From assembly GCA_037076615.1 (NCBI GenBank), contig AP029158.1, positions 5,470 through 69,469 on the forward strand: 64,000 bases of DNA. Direction: 5' to 3'. Below the pieces are notes generated by a model that was not told the DNA's origin, did no database searches, and saw only the letters and a list, made by a program, of their open reading frames with translations. Of this stretch, positions 27,490-35,002 are shown in pieces. Every line of letters starts with the position of its first letter. Positions within the stretch are counted from its first letter, which is position 1. The DNA is from Candidatus Parcubacteria bacterium (GTDB lineage: Bacteria; Patescibacteriota; Patescibacteriia; Patescibacteriales; UBA12465). Position numbers and translations under genes: made by a program.

Positions 27490-29541
27490 ATGATTAGTAA
27501 ATATAAATCGACTCCGGGGCGCCCAGCGCCGACGGCGTCCAAACAAGCGGGAGACGACGCGCTCGTCTTTCGCAACTCAAAAAATCCCGACCCTTTGGAT
27601 CTAAGTTCTTTAATGGAACCTACTCCTGGTTGGAGCGCCAAGAAGGCGCCCCTAAAATCAAAAACCTCTTGGCACTCGGGTAAAAATTATTCTTCCTGGA
27701 AACCAAAGAATCAAAATTCTCCTAAAGACGCTCAACCAAAAAAAGCGACGCCCGCTTCAAAAAATTCGTCAACCTCAGCCCCCAAAACTCGAGGCTTTAC
27801 CGCTAAGCAGGCGAAAGAAATGCCTACTCAAGGAGTCACCTTAAAACCGATTTTAAATCGGCAGAGTGGCGGTGATAATTTACGGGTTATGGTTTTAGGT
27901 GGCCTAGAAGAGGTCGGCCGGAACATGACTTTAATTGAATGTAATCAGGAGATTATTATTATTGATATGGGTCTCCAATTCCCAGAGGAGGATATGCCGG
28001 GAATTGATTACATTATTCCTAATGTCGCCTACTTAAAAGATAAGAAGAGTTGGATTAAGGGGGTGGTTATCAGCCATGGTCATTATGATCATATTGGCGG
28101 CATTCCTCATATTATGGGTGAGATTGGCAATCCGCCGATGTTTATGGGCAAACTAACTGCCGGCCTGGTTCGTAAGCGCCACTTAGAATATAAAACCGCG
28201 CCGACATTAAAAATTAAAGAAATTGATGGCACCACTAAAATAAAGTTGGGGCAAAACTTTAATTTGGAGTTTATGCGCGTTAATCATTCCATTCCCGATT
28301 GTTTTGCGACTATTATTAATACTCCTTTAGGAACGGTTTTTCATACCGGTGATTTTAAAATTGATTTCACTCCAGTTAATGACGAGCCGGCCGACCTTAA
28401 TAAAATGGCTCAGGTGGGGGCGCGCGGAGTTTTGCTCTTAATGTCTGACTCCACCGATGCTACTCATCCAGGTCATCAAGTTTCTGAATCTCACATTGGC
28501 GAGGAGATGGGGCAGCTGTTTGAAAAGATTAACGGCCGCATTATTATTGCTACTTTTGCTTCGCAGTTAGCTAGAATTCAGAAAATTTTTGATTTAGCGG
28601 CGGAGCATGGTCGGCGCGTTTCTTTACAAGGACGCAGTATGAACTCTAATGTTGAAGTAGCCCGGGAAATTGGTTATCTTAAATTTAGCCCCAAGCTATT
28701 AATTGATGACAAAGAGTTAAATAAATTGCCGGATAATAAAATTATTATTGTTGGCACTGGTGCTCAAGGCGAGAGTAATGCTTTTTTGAGCCGGGTTGTT
28801 TCCGGTGAGCATCGGGTGGTTAGTCTCAAGCAGGGTGATACGGTTTTGTTTTCTTCTTCGGCTATTCCCGGCAATGAGCGATCGATTCAAAATTTAATGG
28901 ATCGTGTTTCTCGGCAGGGAGCTAAAATTATCCATTATCGAATGTTAGATATTCATGCCGGCGGACACGCGAAAGCGGAGGATTTAAAATTAACGATGCG
29001 TTTGCTTAAGCCTCGGTATTTCATGCCGATTGAGGCTAATCACTATATGCTTGAGACTCACGCTGAATTGGCTCGTGAAGTTGGTATTCCTAATGATCGC
29101 ATTTTTGTGGCCGACAATGGTCAGGTTATTGATTTTCGTCGCCGCGGATCGGAAGTTGTCGGAACACTTACCAAAGAAAAGGTTCCGAGTGATTATGTTA
29201 TGGTTGACGGTTTAGGCGTTGGCGATGTCTCTGAAGTGGTTTTGCGTGATCGGCGGATGATGGCTGAGGACGGGATGATTGTGGTTATTGCGACCATTGA
29301 TTCTCATACTGGTGATGTTATTGGCAACCCCGATTTAATTTCCCGAGGTTTTGTTCATATGAAAGAAAACCGAGAATTAATTGAAAAGACTCGGCAACGG
29401 GTTAAAAAAATTATTAAAGATAAGGATGCTAGTTTGAGCGATGAAACGCTTAAAGGGAAACTTCGTAATGATATTGGTAAATTTCTTTTTAGTCAGACTA
29501 AACGCCGTCCGATGGTTTTGCCGGTAATTATCAAAGTTTAA
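27490..29541 (+). CDS. rnj: Ribonuclease J (metallo-beta-lactamase/beta-CASP) with about 110-130 aa low-complexity N-terminal extension (alternative start ATG 27820)
   Basis: LGGLEEVGRNMTLIE, HGHYDHIGGIPH, TGDFKID, HAGGHA, and the C-terminal RNase J domain. Confidence 0.9.
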   Translation: MISKYKSTPGRPAPTASKQAGDDALVFRNSKNPDPLDLSSLMEPTPGWSAKKAPLKSKTSWHSGKNYSSWKPKNQNSPKDAQPKKATPASKNSSTSAPKTRGFTAKQAKEMPTQGVTLKPILNRQSGGDNLRVMVLGGLEEVGRNMTLIECNQEIIIIDMGLQFPEEDMPGIDYIIPNVAYLKDKKSWIKGVVISHGHYDHIGGIPHIMGEIGNPPMFMGKLTAGLVRKRHLEYKTAPTLKIKEIDGTTKIKLGQNFNLEFMRVNHSIPDCFATIINTPLGTVFHTGDFKIDFTPVNDEPADLNKMAQVGARGVLLLMSDSTDATHPGHQVSESHIGEEMGQLFEKINGRIIIATFASQLARIQKIFDLAAEHGRRVSLQGRSMNSNVEVAREIGYLKFSPKLLIDDKELNKLPDNKIIIVGTGAQGESNAFLSRVVSGEHRVVSLKQGDTVLFSSSAIPGNERSIQNLMDRVSRQGAKIIHYRMLDIHAGGHAKAEDLKLTMRLLKPRYFMPIEANHYMLETHAELAREVGIPNDRIFVADNGQVIDFRRRGSEVVGTLTKEKVPSDYVMVDGLGVGDVSEVVLRDRRMMAEDGMIVVIATIDSHTGDVIGNPDLISRGFVHMKENRELIEKTRQRVKKIIKDKDASLSDETLKGKLRNDIGKFLFSQTKRRPMVLPVIIKV

Positions 29542-29549
29542 TTTTAACA

Positions 29550-29575
29550 GGCCTTCACTTCGGAGGCCTTTTTTA
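29550..29575 (+). terminator. Intrinsic terminator after rnj
   Basis: GGCCTTC-ACTTC-GGAGGCC followed by T6. Confidence 0.75.
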
Positions 29576-29598
29576 TATCCCTCTTCTCCCGCAATAGT

Positions 29599-30555
29599 TC
29601 AATAGCTTGGCAACACCTAAGCCAAAAAGTGGTATAATCCGGGGTTAATAATCAAACATATGGCCTATACGATTAATCCCAAGCTTCCTGGACTAAGAAT
29701 GGAGGCGGTTAAGAAGGTTAAAATAGACAGCTGGAGTGTCAGACAGACGGCCAGATACTATGGCTATAATCCTTCCACGGTATCAAGGTGGCTGAACAGA
29801 GCTCCAGATGATATGCGAAAAACGATACCGACCAGAAGTTCTCGTCCACACCATCATCCTGCGGCTCTCTCGGAAGAGAAAATTAGGGCAATAGTGAAAG
29901 TCCGATTGGAGCACAACAAATGTGCCGAGGTAGTCCAGAAACAGCTGGAGAATGATGGAATGAATGTTAGTTTGTCGTCAGTCAAAAGAACTCTCGTGAG
30001 AACTAACCTGATTAGATATCGCAGTCCCTGGAAGAAATGGCATTATTCACTTCCTCGTCCACAGGCCGAAAAACCAGGGGATTTGTTGCAACTTGATACG
30101 GTTCATTTTGTCACTAGTTCGGGGAAAAGATTCTATGTCTATACGATAATCGACCTATATTCGAGATGGGCGTATGCGGAAGTGGTCAAGAAGATCAGCG
30201 CGGGAGAAAGTGTGAGATTTTTGAAGAACGCTAAAAAACATGCTAACTTTGATTTTGTGATGGTACAAAGTGATAATGGGCCGGAATTTACAGCCTGGTT
30301 TACCAGGGGCGTAGCCAGGATGAAAATAGCCCATCGTCATTCTAGGATTAGGAAGTGTAATGACAATGCTCACATTGAGAGATTTAACAGGACTATTCAA
30401 GAAGAGTGCTTTGGGGTGGAGAAACCAGTGAATTATGATCGCTATCTGTCTTTGATTAATGACTATTTAAAATACTATAATACTTCGAGATTACACCTCA
30501 GTTTGGGGCTCAAAACCCCAGCTGAAATGTTGGCTTAGTGTTGCCAAGCTATTGA
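29599..30555 (+). mobile_element. IS481-like insertion sequence (about 0.96 kb, single transposase ORF)
   Basis: Perfect 18-bp terminal inverted repeats: TCAATAGCTTGGCAACAC (29599-29616) and GTGTTGCCAAGCTATTGA (30538-30555). An internal extended -10 (TGGTATAAT, 29630-29638) precedes the ORF. No clear target-site duplication found. Confidence 0.8.
29660..30538 (+). CDS. IS481-family DDE (rve/integrase-core) transposase
   Basis: N-terminal HTH, then DDE triad contexts LLQLDTVHF, MVQSDNGPEFT, HIERFNRTIQEE, and a YNTSRLHLSLGLKTPAEM tail. Confidence 0.9.
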   Translation: MAYTINPKLPGLRMEAVKKVKIDSWSVRQTARYYGYNPSTVSRWLNRAPDDMRKTIPTRSSRPHHHPAALSEEKIRAIVKVRLEHNKCAEVVQKQLENDGMNVSLSSVKRTLVRTNLIRYRSPWKKWHYSLPRPQAEKPGDLLQLDTVHFVTSSGKRFYVYTIIDLYSRWAYAEVVKKISAGESVRFLKNAKKHANFDFVMVQSDNGPEFTAWFTRGVARMKIAHRHSRIRKCNDNAHIERFNRTIQEECFGVEKPVNYDRYLSLINDYLKYYNTSRLHLSLGLKTPAEMLA

Positions 30556-30572
30556 GCTGAATTCGTTCTCCT

Positions 30573-30601
30573 TGACAAAATCTGTCTTTCTTGACATAAT
30601 C
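30573..30601 (+). promoter_or_regulatory. Putative promoter of first FISUMP lipoprotein gene
   Basis: TTGACA, 17 nt spacer, CATAAT. Confidence 0.45.
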
Positions 30602-30643
30602 CAAATACAAAGATTGTAAATTAACAACAAAATAATCTAAATA

Positions 30644-32221
30644 ATGAAAGCAAAAAACTTTTCTGGTCTATGGAGGGCGATAGTCTTTCTGGCCGCCGCT
30701 ATCACGGTGTTGTTTTCCTGCTCTTCATGTGAGCCGGAAGAACCACCCCTTGTTTATGAAACGAGCATCACTCTCACTGTTGAGGGGATAACAGAGCAAG
30801 CCGCTACTTTAGTGGCTGAAGTTAAAGCTGGTAATAAGGAACTGCAAGTAGTCTTTGAACAACTGGTAAATGGTAAGTGGGAAACCTTGGCCAGTGAGCC
30901 GGTTTCCGAAATTGAAAAAAAGATAATCAAAAAAGAATTCACTAAACTAAATCCGGAAACGGATTATAAGGTTAGGGCTTATCTTAAAGATGCCAATCAG
31001 CAGCCAGTAGCTGTCAGTTTAGAGTTAGAATTTACTACTCCTAAAACAGCCGCTGTCGTTGAGTTGAGTCTTAAAAAAGTCGGTCGCAATCAAGTAATTT
31101 TAGTTGCTAGCACCAAAGGGCGCAGCAGCGAAGAAACCTTGGGATTGTGGTTTGAATACTTTGATGGCACTGTTTGGAAAAGCATTTTTTCTAAAAACAT
31201 CTCCGGGGTGACCGAACAGGAAGTAGAACAAGAGTTAGGTGATTTAAACCCTAATACAAAGTATCAGGTCCGCGCCTATTTACTAAGTCCGACTGAGATT
31301 CGACTTACCAGTAGTAATGAGTTAGATTTTGTCACTTTAAAGACGGCAATGTTGGAGTTGGCCTCAAAAGATGTTGGTTTAACCAGTATTGATCTTAGTC
31401 TTGAACTCACCCCTTATGACGACACTAAAGTCATTATCAGTTATCAGGCTAAAGATCAGAATGCTAAAGTAATTACCTCACCGGTCTACACCGGGAACCA
31501 GCCGATTCCTTTGGAATTTAAACTGGAGAATCTGGAGAGGAGCACTGTCTATAATATCAGTATCAAAACTGATGAAGTAAACAGTACCCCAATTGAATTG
31601 TCTCTTGAAACCTATGCCGTTTCTGACTATGACGGTAATTTGTATCGTACTGTCACGATCGGCGACCAGGTTTTTTTGAAAGAAAATCTCAAAACTACCC
31701 ATTTTCTAAATGGTGATCCGATTTCGCACGTTACCAATGATGACCAGTGGCTGGCTCTTGTCACCCCCGCTTATTGTTATTACAACAATGATCCAAAAAT
31801 GGGTGAAAAGTATGGCGCTCTTTACAATTGGTATGTCGCTTCTGATCCTCGAGGGTTGATTGAAGGTTTTCATGTTCCCACTCTGGAGGAATGGAAAAAG
31901 TTTAGTGCTTATTTAATTAAAAATGAACTAGAAGTAAAGAGTAATACTTTCGACTGGAAAGAACCAAATTTGCTTTGGGGTAAGCCTAGTGGTTTTGAGG
32001 CTTTACCGGCCGGCATTAGGGGCGGAAACAATGATGAGGGGGTTGATAATGGAAAGTTCCAGGCTTTTGGTGAAGCGACAAAATTTTGGGCGAGCAGCAT
32101 TGAGCCGGCTTTACCGCAGGCAGCTGACTCTCCAGCTTGTTACTATGGAACTCCAAATATTAGTGTTGGCGGACTTAACCCTCGTTGGATGGGTTTTAGT
32201 ATTCGCCTTGTAAAAAATTAG
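30644..32221 (+). CDS. Lipoprotein: three about 95-aa Ig/Fn3-like repeats plus a C-terminal FISUMP (Fibrobacter succinogenes major paralogous, TIGR02145-type) domain
   Basis: Lipobox VLFSC. Repeat ends ..LNPETDYKVRAYL.. and ..LNPNTKYQVRAYL... C-terminal domain YDGNLYRTVTIGDQVFLKENLKTTHFLNGDPI..YCYYNND..GEKYGALYNWY..GFHVPTLEEW..GFEALPAGIRG. Confidence 0.8.
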   Translation: MKAKNFSGLWRAIVFLAAAITVLFSCSSCEPEEPPLVYETSITLTVEGITEQAATLVAEVKAGNKELQVVFEQLVNGKWETLASEPVSEIEKKIIKKEFTKLNPETDYKVRAYLKDANQQPVAVSLELEFTTPKTAAVVELSLKKVGRNQVILVASTKGRSSEETLGLWFEYFDGTVWKSIFSKNISGVTEQEVEQELGDLNPNTKYQVRAYLLSPTEIRLTSSNELDFVTLKTAMLELASKDVGLTSIDLSLELTPYDDTKVIISYQAKDQNAKVITSPVYTGNQPIPLEFKLENLERSTVYNISIKTDEVNSTPIELSLETYAVSDYDGNLYRTVTIGDQVFLKENLKTTHFLNGDPISHVTNDDQWLALVTPAYCYYNNDPKMGEKYGALYNWYVASDPRGLIEGFHVPTLEEWKKFSAYLIKNELEVKSNTFDWKEPNLLWGKPSGFEALPAGIRGGNNDEGVDNGKFQAFGEATKFWASSIEPALPQAADSPACYYGTPNISVGGLNPRWMGFSIRLVKN

Positions 32222-32228
32222 TACCTAA

Positions 32229-32259
32229 AGAGGTGTTTGTTACAAACACCTCTTTTTTC
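32229..32259 (+). terminator. Intrinsic terminator
   Basis: AGAGGTGTTTG-TTA-CAAACACCTCT (11-bp stem) followed by T6. It overlaps the 5' part of track ORF 32237, which argues for the ATG at 32294 as the real start of the next gene. Confidence 0.8.
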
Positions 32260-32293
32260 TTGGAATAATACCTTTAAATATGTTAAAATAATA

Positions 32294-33694
32294 ATGTTTT
32301 TAAAAATAATTTTTAAACTATGGCGAAAAATTTTTTTTAAACGTCGGTATTTAGTTGTTTTAATAGCTTTCGCTCTATCATTCCCACTACTAAGTTTTGC
32401 TTCTTCTGATTACTACTTCAAGCTCAACTCTGGGGTAAAAGAATTTTTTAAAACTGTTTCTAGTCGCGGCGCAAGACAAAACATAGCATCTTATGGAGAT
32501 TACAACATTACCAATAATTGTGGGGCTGATGTTTTTATTCCCAACAAAACAGCAGCTGAATGGAGCTCGTTCATAAACAACATGCCAAATTGTTTGGTTA
32601 TGACTAGTCGTTATTGTGGTGATAGTTATTGTCAGGAAGCTTACGAAAATTATTATAATTGTCCTGAAGATTACTGTCTTTCTAGGTGTGGTAATGGTGT
32701 CTGTAATACCTCTTACGGCGAAACTAGAACCAATTGCGTCTCTGATTGTAAGGTTTGCGGTGATGGTTATTGTGACTCAGGAGAAACATATTCTAATTGT
32801 TCGAGTGATTGTCAATGTGTTTCCACGGGTTGTGGTATTGATGTTTGTGGAGTTGATAACTGTGGCAATTCCTGTGGCACCTGTAATAGCGGTGAGACTT
32901 GTATTTATGGCTTATGTTGCAGGATGAATGCAACTATAAATGTTTGTGGCGATCGAGATACCTATGTCTATTTTAATGGGGCTTATGTAAATCAATCAGT
33001 TGAGAAATCACCTTTAATGACTAATACTGTTAGTAATGTTAGGACCGGATATAATTATGTGCAAATTAAAGTTTACGATCATGGGCCTGTTTTCTGGGGG
33101 GGCAATAACTTCGCTTTATCGGCCGGAATAACTTATACCGGTTGTCGCGGAAAAAGTGGAAATATATATTATCATTCAAACACTACTGATCTTTACAATT
33201 GGCGTTGCACAAATGTCTATAACACATATTGGAATTCATCTGATTCTTTCCCCTTTTCTACTTATACTTTTTATTCGGTTCCCCGGTCGGTGTTATCTGA
33301 CGCACCTCATGATACCGACAGTTGGTGTAATAAAAATTCTTTTTATGGACCCCCGTCTCACCAGATTTGGGCGGATACCAATAAAAAGCGATCAAACAGT
33401 GAGACGATTTATTGCTATCATCGGTTTAATTTAGAAAGCATAGTTAGTAGCGGAAAAGCTAAATTACCAACTTATTGGTGTGGTGATGGTATTTGCCACT
33501 ATACTGAGAATTATGCTTATTGCCCTGCCGATTGTATTAGTTATTGTGGTGATGGTTATTGTGATAGTTATTCTGAGGAAGATTATTATAATTGTCCAGT
33601 TGATTGTTATGCCAGCGGTTATTGCGGTGATGGTTATTGTGATAGTTATTCTGGGGAAGATTATTATAATTGTTCTGCGGACTGTTACTATTAA
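32294..33694 (+). CDS. Secreted/anchored cysteine-rich repeat protein (CGDGxC..NC..DC modules) with central beta-sandwich-like insert
   Basis: N-terminal hydrophobic anchor, conserved DVFIPNKTAAEWSSFINNMP motif, at least 6 modules such as CGDGYCDSGETYSNCSSDC, and a middle region VCGDRDTYVYFNGAYVN..IWAD..IYCYHRF. Confidence 0.7.
   Translation: MFLKIIFKLWRKIFFKRRYLVVLIAFALSFPLLSFASSDYYFKLNSGVKEFFKTVSSRGARQNIASYGDYNITNNCGADVFIPNKTAAEWSSFINNMPNCLVMTSRYCGDSYCQEAYENYYNCPEDYCLSRCGNGVCNTSYGETRTNCVSDCKVCGDGYCDSGETYSNCSSDCQCVSTGCGIDVCGVDNCGNSCGTCNSGETCIYGLCCRMNATINVCGDRDTYVYFNGAYVNQSVEKSPLMTNTVSNVRTGYNYVQIKVYDHGPVFWGGNNFALSAGITYTGCRGKSGNIYYHSNTTDLYNWRCTNVYNTYWNSSDSFPFSTYTFYSVPRSVLSDAPHDTDSWCNKNSFYGPPSHQIWADTNKKRSNSETIYCYHRFNLESIVSSGKAKLPTYWCGDGICHYTENYAYCPADCISYCGDGYCDSYSEEDYYNCPVDCYASGYCGDGYCDSYSGEDYYNCSADCYY
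33542..33693 (+). repeat. 78-bp (26-codon) near-identical tandem duplication, 2 copies
   Basis: TATTGTGGTGATGGTTATTGTGATAGTTATTCTGAGGAAGATTATTATAATTGT.. at 33542 recurs at 33620 with a few substitutions. It encodes YCGDGYCDSYS(E/G)EDYYNC..DCY. Confidence 0.85.
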
Positions 33695-33835
33695 TAGTAT
33701 TTGTGAATATCGAGAAACAGCTACATCCTGTATCAATAGGTAAGGTAGAATGTTACAATGATTGTCGTGGATGAGTATGGGTGTCCGCCCGGTGAACCAT
33801 GTATATCTAGTGTTGAATAATAAAATAATATCAAT

Positions 33836-34261
33836 ATGAAAAAAGACAAAAAAATAATTATTTTAATTAGTGCCCTTGTCTTAATTTTGGTATTTGTAGC
33901 TTTTCTGGTTTCTTTTTTAAGTCGGGATAATAATAACCAAGAAATTAAAGACCTTAATTTAACCGCGGAACAAAAAGGCGAGGTTCAGGAAGTTTTTAAT
34001 GCTACTGAAGATGATCTGACAATGGAAACTAGAAAAATTAAGCTAGAAATAGCTACTGATGAAGAATTAACCGAAATGGGAATTGTTCCTAAAGCTCCTG
34101 ACGGACGTGATTTTCGCTTGCAAGTAATAGAACGAGATCAGTCCGGAAAAATTATTTCTTATAAAGTGATTTACGAGGATGAAGATATTGCTACGGAAAT
34201 ATCTGTTCCTAAAAGAGGTTACTTTACTGAAGGTGGGGTAGTTCCTTTTTTGGAAGAGTAA
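33836..34261 (+). CDS. Small single-pass membrane protein (family shared with 36875..37315)
   Basis: MKKDKK plus TM helix, acidic linker, C-terminal ..FRLQVIERDQSGKIISYKVIYEDEDIATE. Paralog shows ..RFQILLTDNEGKVLQYRIMKDENDIVTE. Confidence 0.6.
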   Translation: MKKDKKIIILISALVLILVFVAFLVSFLSRDNNNQEIKDLNLTAEQKGEVQEVFNATEDDLTMETRKIKLEIATDEELTEMGIVPKAPDGRDFRLQVIERDQSGKIISYKVIYEDEDIATEISVPKRGYFTEGGVVPFLEE

Positions 34262-34279
34262 AAAAATTTATTTACCAGA

Positions 34280-34312
34280 AGAGGCTTCGCCTAGAGTGAA
34301 GCCTCTTTTTTT
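34280..34312 (+). terminator. Intrinsic terminator
   Basis: AGAGGCTTC-(9 nt)-GAAGCCTCT followed by T6. Confidence 0.75.
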
Positions 34313-34329
34313 ATACAATGTTTTAGGTA

Positions 34330-34890
34330 CACACATTTCGCGGTTTTATTTGTTAATTAAAACCATTTCATTGGACGTCTTGCTATTTAAGTCGTAGTGC
34401 TTCAAATTATATAAAGGCTCCATCGTCGTATTTTCTTCTTTAAGTGTAATATCATTTTTAATTTCTTTCTTTCATAAAACATTTCTTGGTCGGTTCGGTA
34501 GCTTCGTTCAACTTTGCGATTCTACTTCGATTTACCTGGGCCAGCCAGATAATGAGGCATATCTAGTTGAGTGTAAAATGAATCTAGAGAAGGCAACCTC
34601 GGATTAAACGGATCACGTGATTTTAAATATTTGATATAGCGATTAGTGAAGCACGAATCATTATCAGTTTTAATCTCTTTTATTTTAAAAAGCGCTACTT
34701 TAATGAGCTCTTCCAAAATTTAATCAAATATTTATAAACCAGGTTGTTGTATATTTTTAGATATCATTATCTGTTTCTTGATTCTAATCAATGTTTTATT
34801 TGGTTGGTTTAACGACTTGGCTGATTTTGGAATGAGTCTTTTTTCGCCTCTAGTTTTATAATCCGCAACCCACCTTTTTATGGTTAACGA
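34330..34890 (-). pseudogene. Decayed rve/IS481-like transposase relic (frameshifts and stops)
   Basis: Minus-strand fragments in different frames: KRWVADYKTRGEKRLIPKSAKS.., ..IKTDNDSCFTNRY.. (TDNGxEF-like), ..RKVERSYRTDQEMFYE.., ..EPLYNLKHYDLNSKTSNE (YNxxRPHxxL-like). Confidence 0.7.
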
Positions 34891-34928
34891 TTAGAAAACC
34901 ACCATATATATTTGCATATTTACATCTA

Positions 34929-34957
34929 TTGACAAAAAACAAAAAATATTGGATAAT
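34929..34957 (+). promoter_or_regulatory. Putative promoter of second FISUMP lipoprotein gene
   Basis: TTGACA, 17 nt spacer, GATAAT. Confidence 0.4.
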
Positions 34958-35002
34958 ATATTCACTAATATAAGTACATTCACAATTAAAAAAACAGAAA
35001 TC

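Noticed and set aside
29581-30575. Target-site duplication flanking the IS481-like element
   Set aside because: The flanks (..CCCGCAATAGT | IS | GCTGAATTCG..) share no convincing direct repeat. TTCTCC occurs on both sides but at unequal distances, so I make no TSD claim.
32616-33743. ORFs 32616-32927 (+), 33156-33434 (+), 33464-33736 (-) and 33480-33743 (+), rich in I/V/T
   Set aside because: These are alternative-frame or antisense readings of the TGT/GAT/TAT-rich Cys-repeat gene. The low-complexity codon repeats keep several frames open. The Cys-rich frame is the only one with domain logic and a signal anchor.
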